Part shown: one piece after another, positions 57,957 to 64,000 of the stretch
Numbering within the stretch: position 1 is the first letter of the stretch
Layout: every line of letters begins with the position of its first letter
DNA from: Candidatus Brocadiia bacterium
GTDB lineage: Bacteria > Planctomycetota > Brocadiia > SM23-32
Assembly (NCBI GenBank): GCA_046538485.1
Contig: JBKHIT010000002.1
Span: 96,001-160,000 of the forward strand
Length of the DNA stretch: 64,000 bases
Reading direction: 5' to 3'
The notes under the pieces: generated by a model
Seen by the model: only the letters and a program-made list of their open reading frames with translations
Told to the model about the DNA's origin: nothing
Database searches by the model: none
Position numbers and translations under genes: made by a program

Positions 57957-59438
57957 TTGTCTGAAGAGAGTACCAATGTGGTTTTCTCCGATAGCGGACC
58001 AGATGCTGGTCGCCCGAAATCTGAACAGGAGACGGCTTCGGAAGGGGATTCTGATCCGCTAAGACGTGAAACGGTCTGGTATAAAATCCAGGAAAATATC
58101 AAGGAGCGGCTTGGTCTGGAACGCTTTGGAATTTGGTTCAAGCAGACCGAGCTCATGGACTTCGATGATTCGAAGCTGGTCATCGGTGTTCCGAATGTCA
58201 TCATCAAGCAATATTTGGACCAGAAATATCGGGTGATCGTCGAAGATGCAGCTAAGGCTTTGCTCGACAGCGAAGTCGGCGTGGAATTCGATGTGGCCCC
58301 CAAGCTTTTGCGGAAAACCCGGGCCGACGACGAGGCTCTGCCAGATGCCGCTTTGCCGGAGAAACCGAAAAAGGTCGCCGACGAGATAGGTCCCACGTTA
58401 GAATCTCAGGAAGAGCGCGGGCGTAGTTCCCACAAACAATTTGAAGAACTTGTTGTCGTCGATTCGAATCGCCTGGCTTTTTTAGCGGCTCAGGAGCTTG
58501 CACGGCGTGAGGCCCCGCAATTCAATTTTGTTGTGGTTATTGGGTCGCACGGGGCAGGGAAGACAGCTCTTTTACGTGCAGCAGAAGGGCTGGCTCAAAA
58601 ATCGCAAGTCCTCGGAAAGGCGCAATATTTGCGAGCAGAGAGTTGGAGTAACGACTACTATCATGCTTTGAAGAAACATCGCACGCGAAGTTTCCGCCAA
58701 CATTACCGGTCATGTGATTTCCTGGTAATGGACGAAATGCAATTTTTCCAGGGTAAGCCCGCGGCGCAGGAGGAGTTTGTGCATACGGCGAAGACGTTGC
58801 AGTCACGAGGCGGTCGCCTTCTTGTGAGTTCGGCGCTCCACCCTGACGATTTCGAAGATGTTAAGCCTGAGTTCATACATCTGCTGAGTGGTGCGCTTTG
58901 GGTTGATTTGCAGATGCCCACGCAGGAGGAAATGACGGAAATAGCGAGCGCACTGGCCGGGCAAATGGGATGCCAGGCAGAACCATCTGCGCTGCAGTAT
59001 ATAGTGCAACAAAACGGAGTAAATCTCCGCCGTTTGGAAGGGGTGATACGATCTGTAACCGCTTATGCTTCCCTGATAGGTGAAGATCGTCTCGGCCTGG
59101 CAGAAACAAAAAAGGCACTTTCGGCGACGGGACGCGCTCGCATGCCGAGACCTACGCTGGAAAAAATCACAGCAGCGGTGATAGAATCATTTTCAATTAC
59201 AGAACAGGAATTGCGCGGCAAAACGAGGGCGCAAAAGGCCTGTCGGGCACGCCAGGCAGCAATGTATTTGGGGCGAGAATTGACCGGAGAATCACTATCA
59301 GATATCGGGCGGTTTTTTGGTGGGCGGACTCACAGCACAGTAAAACATTCCGTTGAGCAGGCCGATGCGAAGATTCAGGAAGCCGGAGGGATGGCCGCGG
59401 CAATGGAAAAGTGCAGACGAATACTTGGAGTGAGTTGA
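57957..59438 (+). CDS. dnaA: DnaA-family replication initiator homolog (divergent paralog)
   Basis: Domain I (FGIWF...IGVPN); Walker A GSHGAGKT; Walker B LVMDEMQF; NLRRLEG; domain IV RQAAMYL.RELT..SLSDIG.FFGGRTHSTV; TTG start with SD AGGAGG. Confidence 0.88.
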   Translation: MSEESTNVVFSDSGPDAGRPKSEQETASEGDSDPLRRETVWYKIQENIKERLGLERFGIWFKQTELMDFDDSKLVIGVPNVIIKQYLDQKYRVIVEDAAKALLDSEVGVEFDVAPKLLRKTRADDEALPDAALPEKPKKVADEIGPTLESQEERGRSSHKQFEELVVVDSNRLAFLAAQELARREAPQFNFVVVIGSHGAGKTALLRAAEGLAQKSQVLGKAQYLRAESWSNDYYHALKKHRTRSFRQHYRSCDFLVMDEMQFFQGKPAAQEEFVHTAKTLQSRGGRLLVSSALHPDDFEDVKPEFIHLLSGALWVDLQMPTQEEMTEIASALAGQMGCQAEPSALQYIVQQNGVNLRRLEGVIRSVTAYASLIGEDRLGLAETKKALSATGRARMPRPTLEKITAAVIESFSITEQELRGKTRAQKACRARQAAMYLGRELTGESLSDIGRFFGGRTHSTVKHSVEQADAKIQEAGGMAAAMEKCRRILGVS

Positions 59439-59473
59439 ACGCGTTAAAAAACCGTTTTCAGCCCACCAGTCGT

Positions 59474-60745
59474 TCAGGCGCTCTTGCGGTGTTTTTCCTT
59501 CTCTTCATCCTCACCGGCCATCAAGGAACGTTTCCCGAGCACTACATCGCGGTCGAGAACGTATTTTTCCGCAGTGGTGTGAGAGGGCAGGAAAAAGAGG
59601 GGCTCAAGCATTATTTGTTCCATAACGGTTCGCAGTCCCCGTGCTCCCGTGCCCTTACCGGCAGCAAGTCGAGCAATCTCGTTCAACGCTTCTTCGGTGA
59701 ATTCCAGCTCAGAATCCTCGAATTCAAAGAATTTCTGGTATTGTCGCACCAGCGCATTGCGGGGTTCGAGTAAAATTCGCACGAGCTCATCCTGTCCGAG
59801 TGGCATAAGCGGGGCCACAACCGGTATGCGCCCTACAATCTCAGGTATGAGACCGAATTTGATAAGATCATCGTCGTTGACGAGCTTTAGGGCCTCGGCC
59901 AGGTTTCTCTGTTCAGCATTCTCATTTGAATGTGGACTGCCGAAGCCTATCTGCTGGCGATTTGTCCGTTTGCGGACGACTTCATCGATACCTGTAAAGG
60001 TCCCACCGCAGATAAACAGGATATTCGTTGTGTCAATCTGAATGTATTGCTCTTCGGGATGTTTTCGCCCGGCATGGGTCGGGACATTTGCGACCGTTCC
60101 TTCCAGCATTTTCAGCAGGCCCTGTTGTACACCCTCGCCGCCGACATCTCGTGTGATACTGACGTTTTGGCTTGTTTTGCCGATTTTATCGATTTCATCG
60201 ACGTAAAGGATGCCCTGTTGTGCTTTTTCAACTTCGAAATCGGCAGCCTGAACGAGTTTGAGAAGGACGTTTTCAACATCTTCTCCGACATAGCCGGCCT
60301 CGGTGAGGGTTGTGGCATCGGCGATCGCGAAGGGGACGTTCAAACACCGGGCAAGAACACGCGCAATAAGGGTTTTTCCCGAGCCGGAGGGTCCGACAAG
60401 CAGCACGTTACTTTTATCGAGTTCGACATCCTCCACCATTGTGCTGGTGATACGGCGATAGTGGTTATGCACAGCCACTGCGACGGTTTTTTTAGCCTTT
60501 TCCTGTCCAATTACATACTCGTCGAGCATTTCTTTGATGTCGACAGGAGTCGGGACGTGTTCGAGTGGTTCAGCTGTGGGTTCGTAAAGCTGTTCTTGCT
60601 GGACAATGGAATGACAGAGTTCGACGCATTCATCACAGATGAAAGTGTTGTGACTGCCTCGAATCAGTCGTCGGACATCATCGTAACCTTTACCGCAAAA
60701 AGAACAGGCTTCTTTGTGTGAGCCACGGTCATCTTTGCCGGGCAT
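59474..60745 (-). CDS. clpX: ATP-dependent Clp protease ATP-binding subunit ClpX
   Basis: CSFCGK...ICDECV zinc finger, [47 protein letters not shown]. Confidence 0.97.
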   Translation of the reverse strand: MPGKDDRGSHKEACSFCGKGYDDVRRLIRGSHNTFICDECVELCHSIVQQEQLYEPTAEPLEHVPTPVDIKEMLDEYVIGQEKAKKTVAVAVHNHYRRITSTMVEDVELDKSNVLLVGPSGSGKTLIARVLARCLNVPFAIADATTLTEAGYVGEDVENVLLKLVQAADFEVEKAQQGILYVDEIDKIGKTSQNVSITRDVGGEGVQQGLLKMLEGTVANVPTHAGRKHPEEQYIQIDTTNILFICGGTFTGIDEVVRKRTNRQQIGFGSPHSNENAEQRNLAEALKLVNDDDLIKFGLIPEIVGRIPVVAPLMPLGQDELVRILLEPRNALVRQYQKFFEFEDSELEFTEEALNEIARLAAGKGTGARGLRTVMEQIMLEPLFFLPSHTTAEKYVLDRDVVLGKRSLMAGEDEEKEKHRKSA

Positions 60746-60793
60746 ATATTTCTCCCTTATCTATTGGACGCCAAATCCGGGCGAATTTTGCGT

Positions 60794-61435
60794 TTACTGC
60801 GATTCATCTTCTTCGTTCTCATTGCCCGTGAGTATTTCATCTACAATTCCGTAATCTAAGGCCTCTTCGGCGGACAGGTAAAATTCCCTGTCTGTATCTT
60901 TTGAAATTCGTTCGAAGGGTTGGTTTGTGTGTTTTGCCAGGATATCGTTGATCCACTCCTCCAGTTTAACCATCTCGTCGGCGTGGATGCTGATATCGGC
61001 GGCAGTTCCTTCCATACCGCCCCATGGTTGATGGAGCATGACCCGCGCATGGGGCAGGGCGAAGCGTTTTTCGGGAGCGCCTCCTGCCAGAAGGACAGCA
61101 CTCATGCTGTAGGCTTCTCCAACGACATAGGTCGCAACATCCGGCTGTATCAATTGCATCGTATCGTATATGGCAAGTCCACTGGTTATCAAACCACCCA
61201 TGCAATTCAAATATAGATTAATGTCCTGATTCTTGTTCTCGTTCTGCAGATACAGCATCTGAGCGACAACTGTGTTTGCAACTGTATCGTTAATAACGGA
61301 CCCAATAAAAATAATGCGATCTTCCAGCAATCGCGAAAAGATGTCGTACGCTCTCTCTCCCTGGGCGGTTTTCCGCACGACCATCGGGAGATACTGGGAG
61401 TTCATCGGGTCCATATCCGGCCGCGAATCTTCCAT
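60794..61435 (-). CDS. clpP: ATP-dependent Clp protease proteolytic subunit
   Basis: ERAYDIFSRLL.DRIIF; catalytic triad in AYSM, MLHQP and DTDRE; start at or near ATG 61435. Confidence 0.96.
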   Translation of the reverse strand: MEDSRPDMDPMNSQYLPMVVRKTAQGERAYDIFSRLLEDRIIFIGSVINDTVANTVVAQMLYLQNENKNQDINLYLNCMGGLITSGLAIYDTMQLIQPDVATYVVGEAYSMSAVLLAGGAPEKRFALPHARVMLHQPWGGMEGTAADISIHADEMVKLEEWINDILAKHTNQPFERISKDTDREFYLSAEEALDYGIVDEILTGNENEEDESQ

Positions 61436-61478
61436 TTCCTTATTTTTCCTGTAATGTTCCACTTTTGAGGATCTGTTT

Positions 61479-62945
61479 CTATTCTTCTGGAGTTTCTTCA
61501 GACTCTTGTTCATTTCCCGTGTCTTCTGATTCATCCTGATCGGCCCCGAACTCCTCGGGCGGGACATAGTTGATTTCAGCTTCATCGAGAAGAGCTTCGA
61601 CGGTTTTTTCTTCTCGAAGGTTCCAGCGCATCGACCGCATGAGGTTGTTTTCTTCAAGGTACCCCCGTGCTTTGCGTTCGGTCCAGTTTTGTCGTCTGGC
61701 CACGGCTCGAACCTGCTCTTGGACTTCGGAGTCGAGGACGTAGACCCGTTCATTCTCTGCAATTTTCCGGAGTATGAATTCTACTTTAAGATTACGGACA
61801 GCCCGGGCGCGGGATACTTCTGCGTTTTCGTGTGCCATTTGTTCGGCTTCCTGACGCGAACGGCCGGCGCGAAGGGCCTCGGTCATCATTCGTCGGGTTT
61901 CGTCCTCTGTGGCGCTTTGTATGAGCGAGTCCGGCATCTCAACATCGATATTTTCCAGAATAGTATCGGTAATAATATTGCGCCGAATCTGGTTACGCTG
62001 CTGTTCAAGACGTCGGTCGAGGCGGTCTCGGACCATTGAACGCAGTTCCTCGACATCCTCCATGCCGAGCTGTTGCGCAAGATCGTCGTCTATCTCTGGG
62101 GTTTCCTGCCGATAAACCGACTGGATTTCTATCTCGGTCTTAACCGGAGTGTCGGCCAGAGCTTCCAGCGGTTTGTTCTGTGCCGAAAGGTCGGCATCAT
62201 CTGCAAGGGTGACTTCGAGTTCAATCGAATCGCCCGGCGATGCACCAATTATCGCCCCTTTAATACCTTCAGCCTCAAACGGTCCGATACGTTCTTCGCC
62301 TGGCTGAAAAGGTATTTCTTCGCTCCAAGTGACTTTATCAGTGGAGATAGTGACGTTGCTTTCGACATAGTCATCCTGATCCACGGATCCCTCTTCAACT
62401 TCATCCCAACCGGCAAGTTGACCGGCGAAACGCTCGAGTTCCTGTTCGAACATCTCATCGGTGACTTCCAGTTCTGGAATCTCAAGTTCCAGCCCTTTGT
62501 AATCTTCTTCTTTTATTTCTACTTCGGGAAGTATTTCGCATTGAAATTCGACTTCGAGCGGTTGTCCAACGTCCCATTCAAGGCTTTCGAAATCAGGTGC
62601 CTCTTTTTCTTCAACGACCGATAGCTCATTTTGCTGGACAGCATCCTGATAGGCCTCACCGGCGACGGTGGAAACCACGTCGTTGCGCAGACGTTCATTA
62701 TAACGCTTCAGGACGAGCCCGCGTGGCGCTTTTCCCTGGCGGAATCCCGGCAACTGAGCTTGTTGCTGCAGGTTATCCAGGTCTTCATTGAACCGGTCTT
62801 CCAGATAATCAGCATCAATTTCGATGCGTATAGAGCATTCACAGCTTCCGTGGCGTTCGATTTCAGTGTGAATTCCTGACTCTTCAACGTCGTTTTCGTC
62901 CTGCTGTTCGGTGACGCCGGTTTCGGTGTTTTCTTCGTCAGCCAT
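61479..62945 (-). CDS. tig: Trigger factor
   Basis: Ribosome-binding signature LPGFRQGKAP; tig-clpP-clpX synteny. Confidence 0.93.
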   Translation of the reverse strand: MADEENTETGVTEQQDENDVEESGIHTEIERHGSCECSIRIEIDADYLEDRFNEDLDNLQQQAQLPGFRQGKAPRGLVLKRYNERLRNDVVSTVAGEAYQDAVQQNELSVVEEKEAPDFESLEWDVGQPLEVEFQCEILPEVEIKEEDYKGLELEIPELEVTDEMFEQELERFAGQLAGWDEVEEGSVDQDDYVESNVTISTDKVTWSEEIPFQPGEERIGPFEAEGIKGAIIGASPGDSIELEVTLADDADLSAQNKPLEALADTPVKTEIEIQSVYRQETPEIDDDLAQQLGMEDVEELRSMVRDRLDRRLEQQRNQIRRNIITDTILENIDVEMPDSLIQSATEDETRRMMTEALRAGRSRQEAEQMAHENAEVSRARAVRNLKVEFILRKIAENERVYVLDSEVQEQVRAVARRQNWTERKARGYLEENNLMRSMRWNLREEKTVEALLDEAEINYVPPEEFGADQDESEDTGNEQESEETPEE

Positions 62946-63006
62946 GCGTGAAATCCTCGGGAGGGTTTGACAAGGGGGAGAAGTATTGAAAAATCTGTTT
63001 CACAAG

Positions 63007-63031
63007 AAAAAAACAGGGAGCACATCCCTGC
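63007..63031 (-). terminator. Intrinsic-terminator-like hairpin ~60 nt upstream of tig
   Basis: Minus strand CAGGGA-tgtgc-TCCCTG followed by TTTTTTT. Confidence 0.5.
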
Positions 63032-63515
63032 TTCCTGTACCTTACATCAGATTGCCCCAAAAAGTCAAGCCGGATCAAATAGGTCAGCCTGACATCTTGG
63101 GCTTGCAACTACAACAGCAGCAAGCGCTTACGTTGGGGATGTTTTTTTAAGGGCCGCCCTGGACCTGGATATAAAAAAAGGCCCCGGCTTGTGCGAGAGT
63201 GTGTTCCCCGGAATATTTCACGATGCAGTTAACGCACCGAGAGCTGTAAGTTGTTGGCCCCGGGTGGAGAACACGGGGAAGGTCACGAATTGATACATAG
63301 TTGGCAAGACGACAGGGTCAAGAATTTTTGGCGCGACCGCCCGGAAACGACGGGAAAAGAAAAGCACATTGATGCACACGTGAAAAGGTGTTGACACAGC
63401 AGCCTTTCAACTATACAGGGAATATGTGCTTTGTCAGGCGGCACTTGAGATACGGGAAACGTCTGTGCTTACCTTCCGCCCGGGTACCGCGCCGGCAACG
63501 CTTGAAACAGGCGCG

Positions 63516-64000
63516 TTAACGGCTTTGCTCATGCCGCAATATATTTATATAGGCGATCAGCGACGAGAGATTATGCTGAACGTAATCGATGCGTATCTCA
63601 CTACGGGTCAAACTGCGGCGAAACCCGCCCATGGCCTTTGCGGGGTCAGGGAGGTGTATCGCGCATTCAGGTGTGTACTGAGTTTGCAACTGGAACCGAA
63701 TGCCAAGTTCAATGTTATTGCGAAAAATCCTGGCCAACTCGGCATTGCCAAAATCACGTTCCAGCTTGAAAGCTGCCCCGAGACCTTCGCTGCGTGTTGC
63801 TGTTGGTGTGCTGCGGGGAGGACGATAATAACTGCCAAGCCAGTCAGGAACCTGGGGCTTTCTGTTTTGTTTGCGCATCATAGCACTGGCGAGTCGGCGA
63901 GAATGGCTCAACAGACCCGAATGTGACCTTCGTCTGTACGTTTCGTAGAGGGCATAGAGAACCCAATGATCATGAAAAAGCATCTCGGCTGGCTTATGTT
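63516..64000 (-). CDS. 3' end of a gene running off the window (hypothetical, probable alpha/alpha-barrel C-terminus)
   Basis: The frame is open to the window edge; protein-like motifs PTATRSEGL, FQLQTQ, GGFRRSLT..EIRIDYVQHN.SSL. Confidence 0.7.
   Translation of the reverse strand, partial: HKPAEMLFHDHWVLYALYETYRRRSHSGLLSHSRRLASAMMRKQNRKPQVPDWLGSYYRPPRSTPTATRSEGLGAAFKLERDFGNAELARIFRNNIELGIRFQLQTQYTPECAIHLPDPAKAMGGFRRSLTRSEIRIDYVQHNLSSLIAYINILRHEQSR

Noticed and set aside
61436..61762. N-terminal extension of the clpP ORF (similar extensions on pilO-like, HIT, yvcK, accA, ala, pyrF)
   Set aside because: They overlap neighbouring genes or precede SD-supported internal starts where family homology begins.
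63199..63280. GTGTTCCCCG, resembling the start of a type I-E CRISPR repeat
   Set aside because: Single occurrence, no regularly spaced repeats and no cas genes in the window.
62946..63515. tRNA expected upstream of tig from common synteny
   Set aside because: No cloverleaf or T-loop (GTTCRA) in a tRNA context was found on either strand.
63426..63926. 166-aa plus-strand ORF
   Set aside because: It overlaps the more protein-like minus-strand ORF that runs off the window, so it is likely a shadow ORF.

Overview
A gene-dense bacterial chromosome segment. A Planctomycetota origin is likely (inference from the DUF1559-type prepilin protein, arylsulfatase, PilM cluster, long membrane Ser/Thr kinase and stand-alone dnaA), and an anaerobe is plausible (RnfB, 2[4Fe-4S] ferredoxin, rubrerythrin-like proteins). 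The first ~19.8 kb is accessory: two very large secreted glycoside-hydrolase-like proteins with apparently degenerate catalytic motifs, a sulfatase, a DUF1559 protein, a vWA protein and hypotheticals. The rest is mostly housekeeping and carbohydrate genes: tsaD-larB-nnrD, pilM/N-pilO-like, GH42, fba, GH10, rnfB-ferredoxin, lptF/G-lnt, ala, MATE, accA, ribD, trxB, pyrF, HAD-yvcK fusion, dnaA-like and tig-clpP-clpX. Several signals are not visible in the ORF track. (1) An integrase-less integron cassette array at ~51.66-53.29 kb has two well-formed attC sites and carries a ZIP metal transporter and a 4-TM protein. (2) A zupT pseudogene has collapsed by a microhomology-type deletion. (3) A 37-bp hairpin repeat occurs twice with compensatory changes. 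(4) A 56-aa ferredoxin is uncalled. At the protein level, the DnaA paralog lacks sensor I and the arginine finger, the LptF/G has a ~190-aa coiled-coil insertion, and the PilM-PilN fusion contains a phage-tail-like module. I recognised no rRNA, tRNA, CRISPR array or transposase. All calls are by eye from motifs; no searches were run.
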